Shown here: positions 25,231 through 38,650 of the stretch, piece by piece
Position numbering within the stretch: the first letter of the stretch is position 1
How the letters are laid out: every line of letters begins with the position of its first letter
Origin: Camelus dromedarius
Taxonomy: Eukaryota
NCBI RefSeq assembly: GCF_036321535.1
Contig: NC_087437.1
Span: forward strand, 117,926,001 to 117,990,000
DNA: 64,000 bases
Direction: 5' to 3'
Translations under genes and position numbers: made by a program
The notes under the pieces: model-generated
The model's database searches: none
What the model saw: only the letters and a program-made list of their open reading frames with translations
What the model was told of the DNA's origin: nothing

Positions 25231-28200
25231 ATAAATAATCTACTGCTTTTACATGAGATGCATTCAGAGAGTTCTAGCCCATCCTTTTCTATATCTTTTT
25301 ATTTAATGCTTGTCTGGAAACACCACATTTATTTCATATCCAACAATGGGTTGCAACCGTGGTTTGAAATACACTTACCCAGTCAGCAACATAGGCATGT
25401 CTTGAAAACCACAGGTTATTATAATCAAGGTGCAGAGAAGATCTGGAAGAAGTTACTTGCCTGCCAACACAAACCTGCCTAAGGCTACAAAGTGTTCTGC
25501 TAAACCACCAGGTAAACCATCAGGCCTTAAAGCTAAAGAGATTTGTCAAGAAATGGGAGAAAAGAGGAAAGAGATATTTAATAGTCCAGCTTCATTCAGC
25601 ATGTAAGTATTCACGGGGGACTAAGGGGATACTTTCTCGCCCTCAGTAACATATATCCACAGTTACATATAGCTGGACTTGTGACACACACTGGAAACTT
25701 TTTCCATAATCAAGTCCACACATACAAGGTATGATTAGTGAAAGTGAAGGAAGAAATTTCTCAGGAGAAAGAGAATTATCTAAAATTTGATTTGGACATG
25801 TTTTGCATATGTTAGGCACTCAATAAAACTTACTTATTAATATTAATACTAAAAATTATCATCTAAGAATGTTGATGTTTTGACTGAAAGATCATGCTGT
25901 ACACCAGAAATTGAAGCAACATTGTAAACTGACTATGTATCAACAAAAAAATAAAATAAAAATTTTAAAAAAGAAATTTTTCTAACTGAAGGCTTTGCAT
26001 ATAATTTAATGAGGTAGACATGATTTTATAATAGCTATTATAAAAAAGAAAACACAGATGGAATTTAAATGGACTCAAATTCTAGTACAAAATAGCAGTG
26101 TACATGCCTGAATACAAGAGGTAGTGTCATCTTTGGCCTCCTTAATAGAATTCCCCAGGAAGTGGTAGCACTGTGGTTAGCCTGTACTGTAAGTGGGATT
26201 AATATACTAAGTCCCAGACATATCTGAGTAAGAATTGAATAAATGGTTGAGAAACCAAAGGACTTCCCAGCAGCAGATGGTCACCATGCAAGACGCTGGG
26301 GAGGTAGACCAGTTTGTAAGGAGCACAGTGTAGTGGGTGTGTTGACTGGGAGGCAGTGGTAACTACGAGAACAGAGGTCCCGAGTCCTGAAAGGACAAGG
26401 AAGCTGGCCCAGGCCTGGACAGAGAGGCAGCCCAGGACCCAGAGAAAGAAATGAGCTCCGATCTGCATACCAGCCCATGTCCCACCTTCCAATAATGGCT
26501 AAGAAGTCACCAAGGGGCACCCTTCACAGATGCTCCCTAGTGAGCAGGTGAGACGCACTCGGCAGGACTTCTCACACTCAGTGGGCCACTTCCTTTCTCT
26601 ATTCTCACCCCACCGTGATCCCCATGCACGCCTCCACCTCACCCCCCACCTCCAGCAGGGCACAACTGTGTTACACATCTGTCATACTGTCCACTTTTCC
26701 CCAGCTTTACTGAGGTGTAATTGACAAATAAAAACTGTGTGTATTTAAGTTATACAATACTACACACTTTTATTAGCAATATGTGTGTCTTTGATAACTC
26801 AGATTTTCCTTTTTTAGATGGAAAAAAGTCTGAGACCTTCTACACAAAGAATTGTGTTCAAACTCTTGAAACTGGCACAAGAGGCATTCACCATCCAGAT
26901 GCCACAGTCTCTCTGGCACACAAACATCTTAGTTCAACAAGGAGACCCACACACTCTAGCTCACGTATAACCTGAAGAGTCCTGCTCTGGCTGGACACTG
27001 AGGTTATTCTCTTTTTCTGGACTTGTATCTTTGATGTAACTCTTAAATTCCTACCTAAACTTCAAGCATGGGTTCCCTTCCACTTCCCTGTTTCCTCTGG
27101 GAGTCTCCTCAGCCACCCTCATTCAGAGCTGACTTCTTCCTCTTCCCTATTCTCTGTCCCAACTTCCTGGTCTCCATCAATCTCTAGACCCACCACGTTC
27201 AGCCTGAGATTATGTCTTCAACTGTCTGTGTGCGCTTCATCAACTAAGGAGGGGGAAGCCTTGTAATTATTTGTAGAGACACACAAAGCAGTGCCCTGCA
27301 CCTGTAGGTTCTTCATGTTTAACAGATGCTTGTTAAATTTCCATCTCATAGACAAAACACATTTCTCCAACCATTTCTTGCTTAAATGCCGGTTGTTTTG
27401 CTAAAATAAGCAGAAATATAGTATGGAGATAAGACTGAAATGCACGCTTCTTATATTTCAAGACAAAATAAAAATTTTGCAGGCTCTTTCAGGATTTGGG
27501 GGAAATCACATTTGGCTACTTAAAAAGAAAACTATAGAGACTGATCTTAAGGTCAGTTGAATTGATCGAGATAGTAAAATAAAAGAAAAGAATTGACTGA
27601 GTTAGTAAAATAAAAGAAAATAATAAAGATGCTATATTGAAAAACTGCAGTAATTTTTCATGCCTGATGATGTCTAGGTACAGTATTACACTACTCTCTA
27701 GTGGCCAGATTATAGAGCAGGATGCTTTCAGCTTCAATTTAGGATACCTTTATAAAGAGTAACGTATATAACATTTAAGATATTATTATTTAATGAAAAT
27801 TTTGTAAAAAAATTTCTGTATAATTTAAACATTAAAGACCTCCTCATGTAATTATCTATCATTATATGTGCAAATCGAAGGACTCTGAATGCATAAAGCT
27901 CCTTCAGGATTTTTCAGTCTCATATTCTCTCATCTGGAAAGGTGGCACTGGTGTGATGTGGTACAGGTATCTGGTTACACACGTGACTTTGATGTCCATA
28001 TTTTCATTTCCTTTATGACCATTTCTAACTGTGTAGGGAATTCCCTAAAATTATTGTCTTAATAGCACATAAAGTTGTAAGAATTGATTAAATATCTATT
28101 TTTCATCTTTGCTTTTATTTTTCATTGCCAATATATTTCACACAGATTTTGTTTCCGTTGATCAAAAGCCATTTTCTAGACATAAGGCAGAAGAAATAAA

Positions 28201-30751
28201 TGGTTTTTAATAATCATAAAGATTTTGCAAAGAACCAGTGAATTTTTGAAAACAACGGAAAACACACTAGAATCTACTTCAGAAACATGACCACAAGTTA
28301 ATTATTATGTTTGACATAATACTGGATTTGATATTTGATGAAGACAAAAAAACAGATACATACAGCCATGTATATATCTGTATTAGACAGTAAATAACTA
28401 AAACTTTATCTTACTATTGTAAGGTGAAATTTAGCTACAATAGCCGCCCAGATATTTCTGATATGTTTTCAGGTATATAAGGTGTATTTAATTCAGTTTA
28501 ACTCAGCAAATAATAATCACTGTGCTTAATAAATGTTACCTAGAAAAAGAACACAAAGATTACTGAAGAAAGATCCCTGTCACATAAATCAAATCACCGT
28601 GCATAACGGACATGGATGGTCACAACAGTAAAAGATAGCACACTTTGTCGTAGATCATAGTATCTCTTTATTCTTAAGAAGAACGGTCCTCTATCATGAC
28701 CCCCGTGTATGAACGAGAAGTGCGAGGCTCCAGATGGTTACCACTTTGCCAAGAATCACTCAGCAAACCAGTGGCTGATGCAGACTCAAACCTAGATCTT
28801 TTGCTTGATCATGTGTGCTCTTTCTTCTGCACAAAGACGTCTCAATAAAAGGTGAGGAAACTTCCTTGGGAGTGACCACTGCTACAAATGTAGGGGTTTT
28901 GGAGAGAGTGAAGATTCTCTGTGACCATGAAGAGATCCAGTGAGACCAGAGTATCAAGTGTGTTGGGCAGATTTCTACACTATCCATCTCCGATTCTGGC
29001 AAATTATCACCAGTTTGGAAGTCAGGAAAAATAAGGTTGGGTAGAGAAAAGGATTAAATGAAATTACTCTAAACTCTCACATGCTACCTGAGCAAAACAC
29101 CCTGTTTAAAAAGGATTATGTTTGAATCAGTCAGTCAGTTTTGATTAAAGCTCAAATTAAGATGAAGATTCTCAAATAAACTAGACAATCTGTAAATCTA
29201 ATTCTTACAACAGTTCTAGAGCCTCGCCTAGAATTTTGTAACATTCCAGGAAAGGTGAGGTGTGACTGGAGCCACAAGAACATGGGATTTATTTTCAATG
29301 AAGAGAAGCCCTCTCCAGCTCAGGACTTCCAATCCTGGCAGGCACAGGTATGAATGTTTTAGCAAACAGTACAAAAGTAGCTGGTTTTAGAAAGAGACTA
29401 CTTAATTATCCCAAGATAGAGAAGGCTTTACATATATGAAACTAGAATAACCTACTGAAGTGAAGGGACAAGCTGGGATAAGGATGAATTGATTGGGTGG
29501 CACTGAAAACATAATTACTGAACTAAAAATTCTAAGTAGAAGATCAAATATTGCATAAAACTGAATGAGTGGGATAAAAGAAAAACTTAAAATTTCACTG
29601 ACAAGAGTGAAAATTAAAATGCTGACGTACTTAAAAAACTAAGAAGTGGGCATGAAGATATAACCTACTTTGGCCATAAATCTTAGTAATTGAGAATTTA
29701 AAAAAAGGGAAATCATAATTTTTAAAAACTAGGAACTCACAAATCCTGTGCTTTCAAATAGAGCTCATGATGTATCAGGTATCAGGCAATTTTACTGAAA
29801 ATAAAAGAATTCTTAAGCATATACTGAAGACATTTTGAAATGTCTCCTAATTATAGGCTGGCAAAACAAGTTATCTATAAATGGAGCAAAATATACGGCC
29901 CTCTAAGTAAATTTCTGCACCCAGCAAACTCAGTAACATATTGTGTGATTTACAATAAACTCATTTAAATATAAATTAGGTAAAAATATGCGTTATTGAT
30001 ATGCTTATAAAACAATAAAATGATTAAATAATTCTCTCATCATCATCATGTAAAGTCTCAGATTGTTGCTATTAAAACAAGGTACTGGCATGAAAAGACT
30101 AACAAAATCAAAAGGACACTGAATTCCTCCCCTCACACCCAAGAAACACGTATATACATTTTGTTCTTGGCATTTATCACTAGAAAAATACATGTGCATG
30201 TATCTATATAAAATTTGAAAGTAACATTAGTAGAATAAGTACTGAATGCACGCCTTTCAAATCTCTAGAGAAAGAGTATGAAAGTAGTCATATAGAAAAA
30301 GTTAAGAAAAAGGACATATTAAATGAATAAAAATAGAGCACAACAAAAGCATTAAGCACAAAGCAATAAGAGACCAACTATAATGATATAACTCAATGAA
30401 ACCCGTGTTTTCAAGAACATTGAATAGTTTGATGAAATAATCACAGTATACCAATTAGTGAGATAAGCTGGGTAAGAAACTGTAAAAATTCTAGTTCTCA
30501 TTTTAAAATATGTATGTATATGAAGTATGTTCGTACTTGAAGTATGTGTCTTTATGTATATGAAGAACTAGGAGGAAACAGGCAATCACGCACATGGACT
30601 TTGTGTCTCAAGGTCTGTGATTGAGGGTCTGTGATTTTGTTTACTTTGTCCTTTTCAAATGCTTCTAAATTTGCTAAACTGAGAAAGTATTACATTTATA
30701 ATCAAGAAAATTAATACTTTTTTCTTGTGGGTTTTTTTTTTAAGATGGAAA

Positions 30752-30904
30752 GCAACAAGGATATATGGTACAGCACAGGGGACTACAGGCATTCCTTTGT
30801 AGTAACTTTAAATGGAGTATAAGTTATAAATATATTGAATCACTATGCTATACACCTGAAATCAGCGTAACATTGTAAATCAACAATACTTCAATTTTTT
30901 AAAA
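30752..30904 (+). mobile_element. Short L1 3' end with 10-bp TSD
   Basis: CAACAAGGATATATGGTACAGCACAGGG...CTATACACCTGAAATCAGCGTAACATTGTAAATCAAC. AAGATGGAAA at 30742-30751 and 30905-30914 following a TTTT/AA endonuclease site. Confidence 0.88.
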
Positions 30905-31044
30905 AAGATGGAAAAAACTGAAATCTTAAGGAGCTGAAGGAATGAAATTGAATTTCATGAAACTGCTTGCTCTGAGGAGGATCAGAAGTCTGCAGAGTTG
31001 GGGAAACAGGGAAAATCATAGGTTTGAACCTTAGTGTAAACTTT

Positions 31045-31197
31045 GGCAGGGGTTGAATTCTTCCCTCAAAATTCCTATGCTGAAGCCCTAATCCACAGTA
31101 CCTCAAAGTGTGACCTGATTTAGAGATAAGGTCTTTGCAGATGTAATTAATTAAATTGAGATGAGGTCATTAGGGTGGGCCTTAATCCAAATGAAGC
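31045..31197 (+). mobile_element. MaLR LTR 5' fragment (MLT1)
   Basis: GGGTTGAATTCTTCCCTCAAAATTCCTATGCTGAAGCCCTAATCC...GAGATGAGGTCATTAGGGTGGGCCTTAATCCAA. Confidence 0.8.
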
Positions 31198-31655
31198 CCA
31201 CAAGATGTATGAGGAATTTGGCTACTTTCATTTCATGTGCATGGATAGAAAGTTTTATTTTAAAAGGCTTAATGCAAAGTCTAATTTTTAAAACTTTATA
31301 TATTTTATTTAGGATTTTAAGTAACAACTTGCAGAAATCATACTTTTTATTTTTTTCCAAACAAGGCAGTCACTAAACCAAAATCTCTTTGCAGGTTTTT
31401 CCAACAGTAAAAGGTTTTACAGAAAAAGTAAACTTTCAGATACCTTCTCAATATGCAATGAACCTCAATAAAATGTGCATCCATAGACACAGAATACTGT
31501 TGTCTAATAAGGTCTTTTACTAAGTAATTATAATGACAGAATTTTATCAGTAAAGGTTAAGTATCTTTATCTGAGCAGAATCCGATGAAATTAGTCCTGA
31601 TGTAATAAGTACCATTTGTCACTATTAGAGCAAGAGGTGTTGACAGGACTTGGAT

Positions 31656-31669
31656 GTCTCCATGGCAAC
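31656..31669. promoter_or_regulatory. RFX X-box motif (candidate)
   Basis: GTCTCCATGGCAAC is a near-palindromic X-box with one perfect half-site (TGGCAAC), in unique sequence. Confidence 0.45.
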
Positions 31670-32689
31670 CCCAGTGTTCCGCTTCTTTTTTCTGTAACCT
31701 TAGACACTAACAGGCATAAAAGTCCAGAGGGCATAGGAGGTATTGCCTAAGGGTAAAAATTTATTTACCCTTTTCTGACTTTACCAGGCAGTGGCATATG
31801 CGAGATTCTGGAAACATTTTATATCAAATAGGTGTTTCTTTCCAACTTTGACTCTGCTGATGAACATTTTAAATAGAAATACTGTACACAGGTTTTTATA
31901 ACAAAGAGAATCATTAACATTTAAGTGAGTCATTATCCATAAGGCAAGAGAAAGACAGAGAGGGAATGTGTAAACAAAATATAGATTTCTCCATTTCAGA
32001 AGTTTATAAGAATAAATATCCCTAAGCAATGCTACATGTTCCACTAAAATTAACCAATTTTAATGAAGTGCTAGGTATAGCTCACGTCTCAAATAAGGCC
32101 ATTTGTGGAGTAGAGCATCCTAAGGGGGCACATTTGCATCTATGCTTGAAGTAGTAGGACTTACTAGGAGATCCCAGCCAGTACAAAGGCACTGGGGCTC
32201 TTATATCACAAAAGATCCCCCTTCAGTTTCTGAATCAGCTGTAGCTCAGTTTCCAGACAAAATAATTCCTGAAAACATGGACACACAACTTGAAGGTTTC
32301 CATTTGGGCCAAAATCTGTGACAAAATAAAATTATTAATGGCACCTTATAGATGTTTCTGTTATCAATATTATTGGGCAATGATCCAAGAGTGGAGGGCT
32401 GTGCGGTCAGGTGAGGGGTGAACACTAATAAACATGCAGAGAAATAGTGCAAATGAAATCTTATATATAATTTGTTTCCCATTGCTTTTATAAATAGCAA
32501 ATTGTTTTCCACTTTAATAGACAAACATGAAAAGTAATCATTTATTTTAAAAAAATGTGAAGTTAAAATGTAATTATTCCATTTAAAAAATTTGTATGCA
32601 TGGATAACCAAACTTGGAACACTATTCATGAGCAGATACCTTAGCAGCATGGCATGTTGTTTAAAATTTATTTATTTTTTTCCATTTAG

Positions 32690-33152
32690 AACTTATAAGT
32701 TGTGTCCCTTCTCCCCCCAAATATGTTAAAGTTTTAATCCCAAAACCTCAGAATATGAATTTATTTAGAGCCAGGGCCTCTACAGAGGTTTCAAGTTAAG
32801 ATGAGGTCATTAGTGTGGGCTCTAATCCAGTAGGACCAGTGTCCTTATAAAAAGGGGAAATCTGGACACAGACAGACATGCACCCCAGGAAATGATGTGA
32901 AGACATGAGGAGAAGGTGGCCACGTGACTGGGGGATACAGCTACAAGCCAAGGGACGCCAAGGATGCTGACAACACCAGAAGCTGCCAAGAGGCAAGGAA
33001 GGACCCTCCCCTAGAGTTAATGAGCGTGCATGGCCCTGCCGACTCCTTAATTTCAGGCTTCCAGACTCCAGACTGTGAAAGAATAAATTTCTGTTGTTTT
33101 AAGCCATGCAAGTTTTAGTAATTAGTTGTGGTAGCCACAGGAAACGAATACA
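32690..33152 (+). mobile_element. MaLR LTR (MLT1C-like solo LTR)
   Basis: TTAAGATGAGGTCATTAG...CAAGCCAAGGGACGCCAAGGATGCTG...CCAGACTGTGAAAGAATAAATTTCTGTTGTTTTAAGCCA...GGAAACGAATACA. Confidence 0.92.
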
Positions 33153-35251
33153 ATTTACTTTGGATTAAGATAAAGTATCTAATTCCAGACTATAATGACA
33201 GTTAAGACTTCAACATTGATGTCATCCTACCACGTAGTAAATGACAGTGGGTCACAAATGAATGCTAAGGTAAAAAGTTAAGAAAAAACTTAATACTATG
33301 GCCAGGATTAAAATTCTCTGTCATAAATTTCTTGTTTACTTCATAATTTAAAATCAGATTACAACATTTTTTTCTGTTTTACTAAATTATAAATATATTT
33401 ACTTCAAATCTTGTTCACAAATGTATATATGAAAAATATGCTTGTGAGTATGTTTATATATATGCTAAATGTGTGTCAGCTACATCATGTATGCATGGAT
33501 ATATGTGTATATATTTTTATATATGTATATATTTTATATATGTGTATTTTTTTGCCAAAAGGGGGGATAAGGAAGCTAAACTTTTCAAATAAATTAGAGG
33601 TCTTCAGAAACATCACTTTGTCTGCTAGTCAAAAACAACTTCTCTAAACCTTGTGGTTGGTTCTTACATTTGCAGACAACCATGGGCCCAGGAGCAAGAG
33701 TGTGGCAAGACCAGGTCCATGGGCAGCCCCAGAAAAAAGATCAGCCCAAGATCACGTCCAGCAAAGCTGGTGCAGAGATACGGATCCTGTCTGGGGCTGG
33801 GTCCCCCGTGGCCAGGGCTGGAGGCACACTTAATGTCAGTTGCATGGATAAGTCAGCTTGCAACGGTCACATGTGGTCTCACGTCACATTCCAGGCTCAT
33901 CGATTCCACGCAGCGAGCCTCCCTGAAGAGGAGCAGCAGGGGGACAGGGCCTGCCTCTTCCCGCTGACCACTGTCCCTGGCACATCTGTTCCCACGCTGG
34001 CGGGCTGGAGCACTCTGAGGCCCCCATCCGCTGTGTTCACAGGAGCTAGAGTTCCCCAACTCCCAGTATCATCACATCTGGAGCAGTACGAGGATTGCAC
34101 CCCGATCCTAGAAGGCCAAGGTCAGGCCTCAGGTAGGAGAGATCTGCCAAAGGCAGTGGCCCCTTGATGTAAGCGTCAGGATCCCTCTGCATCCCTGAGG
34201 ATGAAGGTTCCCGCTCTGTCAACTTGCAGCTTTCGATTTGAAATCTCTGCGGTGCAGAAGACGCAGGGAAAACAGGCCGGGAAAGGCCCGTCCCCCATAC
34301 CAGCTCCACCATCCAGAGGCTGCCAGGGATCCTCACCCAGGGAGTGTGTCAGACGAAACAAAAGAAAAGCTCGTCCGGCTCCCTCAGTTGCGCCTGCTGC
34401 GCTGTTCTTTCTTTCTGTGACATCTGATTGGTGACACGACTGTTTAAGTCAGCCAAGTATTGTGTTTCTGCTGAATATCGACATGTTAGGCAGAAAGCCC
34501 TGTTTTCCCAAAGGGAATTCTCTAAGGGATATGGATCTGATGAATTTTGACTCTAAATGGTTCTAGTTCTCTACCAATTATACTTCGACCCTTGTCCATC
34601 CCGGAGGAAGCACCTCACTCCCACCTTTTTGTCTGTCCTCGGGGTTCTGTTCAGCTTGATCTCTTATGATGGTGAGTCTGCCTCCTAAATTCCTGAACTC
34701 TCCTTTGATCTCTGAGCTAGGCATGCAGCAGGCTGGCGTGTTCCTCCTCTGTCTCACCCTCAGACAGATGTTCCAGTACGGATTTACTCACTCTCCACGC
34801 TCTACAAAGACGCTGGCCCTCAGTTGTGTGAACAATGAATCCAAACCTTACTTTATGACCAGTTGTTAAACTGCAGTTGTGGGTCTTTTTATTGAGTCTA
34901 AGACAACTCGGGACTACATAGGGAGACAGAAGTATCTCCAAGTGTGACATGAAACACAAGATCCGCTCTAGAACACACATCCCTATTCAGTGTGGGGTAT
35001 CATGACACTTGCCGTTCCACACAGTGGCCCAATTCAGGTGCACATACACATCTAGACACACCCCACATCACATGATTCATTTCCTTCAAGAAAATAAATT
35101 ACAGTAAAAGAGGAATTAAATCAGTGTGTAAAAATCTTGCATTTTAGGCACTTCTCACAAGTATACTTGTCACCCCCTACAACCTGATGACTTTCACAGT
35201 CAACACATATTTAACTTCGACCTACAATACTTGAAGTCTCACGTAATAGGC

Positions 35252-35705
35252 TGCATTAGCTTCCTTTCACTGCTGTAAACAATGACCTGGTTTAAGGCAA
35301 CGCAAATTGATTCTTCTACGGTTCTGAAGGACAGAAATCTGAAACCAAGGTGTTGGCAGTGCTGTTCTTTTCTGGAGGCTCCAGGGGAGATACTGTTCCT
35401 TGCCTCTTCCACACTCTGGCTGTTGGCTTCCACCAACATTCCTTGACTCCTTGGCCACCACTCATCTCTGCTTCTGTCCTCAAGCTACCTGCTCCCTCGT
35501 TGACTTTCTCCCTTCCCTCTTACAGGGACCCTTGTGCTTACATTTAGGGCTCCCCCATAATCCAGGATAATCTTCCTACATCTCAAGATCCTTAACGTAA
35601 CCACATCTGCAAAGTCCCTTTTACCATGTGAGAGAACATTCACAGGTTCCTGAAATTTAGAGTGCGGACATTTTTAGAGGAGAGGGGGCGTTATTCAGCC
35701 TACAA
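35252..35705 (-). mobile_element. MaLR LTR (MLT1D/C-like)
   Basis: TGCATTAGCTTCCT...TTCTGGAGGCTCCAGGGGAGA...ATAATCCAGGATAATCT...CACATCTGCAAAGTCCCTTTTACCATGT...TTATTCAGCCTACA. Confidence 0.88.
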
Positions 35706-37869
35706 GGGCCCAGGGCAAAGTTAATTAACCTTAATGCAGAATGCCCTTTTTCATAAATGAAGCAAAAAATTAGCCATGAGCAGGTACAATAAAGGCAAAT
35801 AATAGTCAGTAGCCTTCATTCCACCACCTGTCAACCTACTGGACCTCCATCGTTCAGCAGCCCTGTGGTCTAGGTTTCACCACCTCTGTGACACAGATGA
35901 GGAAACTGAGGTCCAGAGGGCGAAGTTTCTTGCCTGATTCCAGGGCTGCCAAGTGGGGTTTGCACTCAATTCTCTGAACACAAAGCCTGTTCTTGTCACC
36001 TGGGCCACACGTGCCCTCCTGGTTCACGCTTCTCTCCCTGTTGTAAAAGGCAACATTTCTGCTATCACCACTACACATTTTCTATTTGTCTCCAGTTATC
36101 AGCACCTTGCAGGTATGGAAAAAAATCAGTCCCATTGCTCCTTCATGAATGCAGCCATCAAAAATAAAATAAAATGAGCACAGATGGCCCGCACAGCACT
36201 GGCCACTCGAGGTGCTGTGCGGCACCGACGGAGAGAGCCCGGCACCGGCCCCTTCATACGCTGCTCCTGCGCAGACACCCCCCGTCTCCAGTCCACACAC
36301 GCCTTTATTTCTCTTGGAGGACTGTCTTCCTAAAACCCAGCGGCGACTTGGAAGCTTGCTCACACTGCGGGCTGGGGGCAGAACCAGGATGCACCTCCCC
36401 TACCTCTCCTTCCGCCTGGGCGCTGGCCTGGACAATGGACTGGATGACCCCCCCACATCAAAGCCACCAGCTTCCCTTGGGAGAAGCCAGTGACCTTCAG
36501 GGCATATTGGACCCCACCTTATTTCTTAACTGGGTCCTTCAGCACAGCCTTCCCTTGGGCTCTTGTCCTAGTTATTAAGTTACTCAGCCCACGCAACTCC
36601 GTAACTTTCCCTACCAACCACTTCATCACTATTTTCTTTCTCAGGAATATTTGCACACTCGTCATAATTTAGTGGCAGGAAACACTTATTCTCAAATGAC
36701 ACTGCCTCGCAAAGTTCACCACGAGATTATACATTTACCGTCACGTTGATGGACGTGTAGGGGAAGGAACTAACTGCCATCCCTTCAGCTTACACAGCCG
36801 GAGCACGTGTGAGCAAACAACTGGCAGGTGGAGAGAGAATGTCAGCACACCTCAAAATGGGATGGAGAAATAGCTTAAAGTATCAGCAAATGTGAACTAG
36901 TCCGTCAGCTCCCAGTGTCTTGGGGTTAACCAAAACGCCTCTCTTGAAAACAGACTATTTGAATTTAGAGGCTTGAAATCAAGTGGCTGAACTCAAAATC
37001 CTTCTGGACGCTGGGAAGGCCATGCTCACTTTGGGACAGAAGCTCAGCTGGAGGCTGGGGGCGTGGACTCTCCAATAATTGTTCCTGGTGATGGCACATT
37101 ATGCAAGGAAAACACTGTGAGCAATTTTCCTAATCAGGCCATCAAGTGGAAATAATTAAACAAAATAACGCCACAGTGCCTCAATTATAATTACAAAAAA
37201 GCAATTTCAATAGGCCCTGTGTATGAAGAAGGAAAAGGACTTCTGGATTTGCATAATTATTTATTATTCTCAATAAACTTATATTAATTATCAGCAATAC
37301 ACTGGGTGTCACAAGAAATACCTGATTAGACGTCAGACCAAGATCTTCTGGAGAGCATACTGTTACCAAAATGATCTACAAGGCCTATTCCAGCTACCAA
37401 TTGTTAGGTTATTTTCTCGTAATGTTGAAAATTAGCCACAATTATGCTCATTTGTAGATTGGGGCTCATAGAAGATGAAGAGAGAGTTTGAACCTAGGGT
37501 CACCTGTCTCTAAAGACCCACAATTCCCCTTACAATGCTCTGGAGACCTTTCCAATGATGGGACGGATCAGCTCTAACAGAAAGTCCAGCACAGACGGGG
37601 TCTTTACATTAGGCCGGAGACCGAAGGAGATTACTCCAGAATCGGGCTTTTCCAGCTCTTAGGTTCAGTGACTGAGGTACAAGGCAGCGTGCGACACGGG
37701 GCCTCGCTGCGCAGCTGCCGAGCTGAGTGGCCTTGGCTGGGAGGACGCCCACCGGGCAGCAGGCTCTGTGACCGCTGGGTCTGAAGCACAAGCTAGCTGG
37801 CTTGTACGGCCCTTTCGGGCTTTCAGATTCTATACTTTTGGTTTGGTTTAGTTGGGATTATGCTTTAAA

Positions 37870-38150
37870 CAAAAGCGAGTTTTACAATTTTACATTTAAG
37901 TCTGTGATCTATTTTGAGTTAATTTTTGTGTAAGATACAAGGTTTAGGTCGAGGTCCTTTTTATTCTCTTTTATTTTTTTTGCTATGGCTGTCCAATTGC
38001 TGGCTCTAGCACCAATTACTGGAGGGAAAAGATGATCCTTCCTCCACTGAATTGCTTTTGCATCTTTGTCAAAAATGAATTGGGCATATGCGGATGAGTC
38101 TACTTCTGGGCTCTCTATCTTGTTCTACTGATCTGTGTTCATCCCTCCAG
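37870..38150 (-). mobile_element. Old L1 ORF2 fragment
   Basis: TTTACATTTAAGTCTGTGATCTATTTTGAGTTAATTTTTGTGTAAG...CCACTGAATTGCTTTTGCATCTTTGTCAAAAAT. Confidence 0.8.
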
Positions 38151-38610
38151 CAAAACTATAAAAATTTTAAAATCACCTTTGTGCTATTTTGTGCAATTGC
38201 TGGATCGATTATAGGCAATGCACCTAAAAATAGTCTTATAACTCAGAAATTCATAAAGCTGAATTTGGGGACTGTCCCCCTTGAGATGCTTAGCTTATAC
38301 AAATTACACTTAAGTCATACTTTCTGGCTTAAGTGACCAGTTATAGTCCTTTGGGGGAAGAACCCAGAACTCTGGTTCTCAAAACAAGGCTGGGGTCACT
38401 TCTGTCCAGCAAGCCAAGCACCAGGTCCTTCTAATCGCATGGCCCTGTGTGACTGCACGGGTCACATATCCATGAAGCTGTCCCTGAGGTGTGTTTCTTG
38501 CTCAAATAAGTTGTAGAATTGAGCTTTCATTACCCCAGCACTTTCTGGAGACTTTAATAAGCTACTGTAAATTCTGAGTTTCCAGGAAAGGGATGTATTG
38601 TTTTTCAAAT

Positions 38611-38612
<2 letters not shown>

Positions 38613-38648
<36 letters not shown>
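38613..38648. repeat. (GT)18 microsatellite
   Basis: Uninterrupted GT dinucleotide run read directly from the sequence. Confidence 0.97.

Positions 38649-38650
<2 letters not shown>

Noticed and set aside
25379..32315. Further minus-strand exon candidates (25379-25532 and 32165-32315)
   Set aside because: Splice sites look good, but I found no open through-frame in either, and the 25379 donor overlaps a MER terminus. Indistinguishable from pseudo-exons without RNA data.
31045..33152. Complete MaLR provirus (two same-orientation MLT1 LTRs ~1.5 kb apart)
   Set aside because: The upstream LTR is only a ~150-bp 5' fragment, and the intervening DNA does not resemble an MLT1 internal region.
33670..34167. 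165-aa + strand ORF and overlapping ORFs
   Set aside because: Non-ATG start in a GC-rich patch where stops are rare, ORFs in several frames on both strands, and no recognisable domain.
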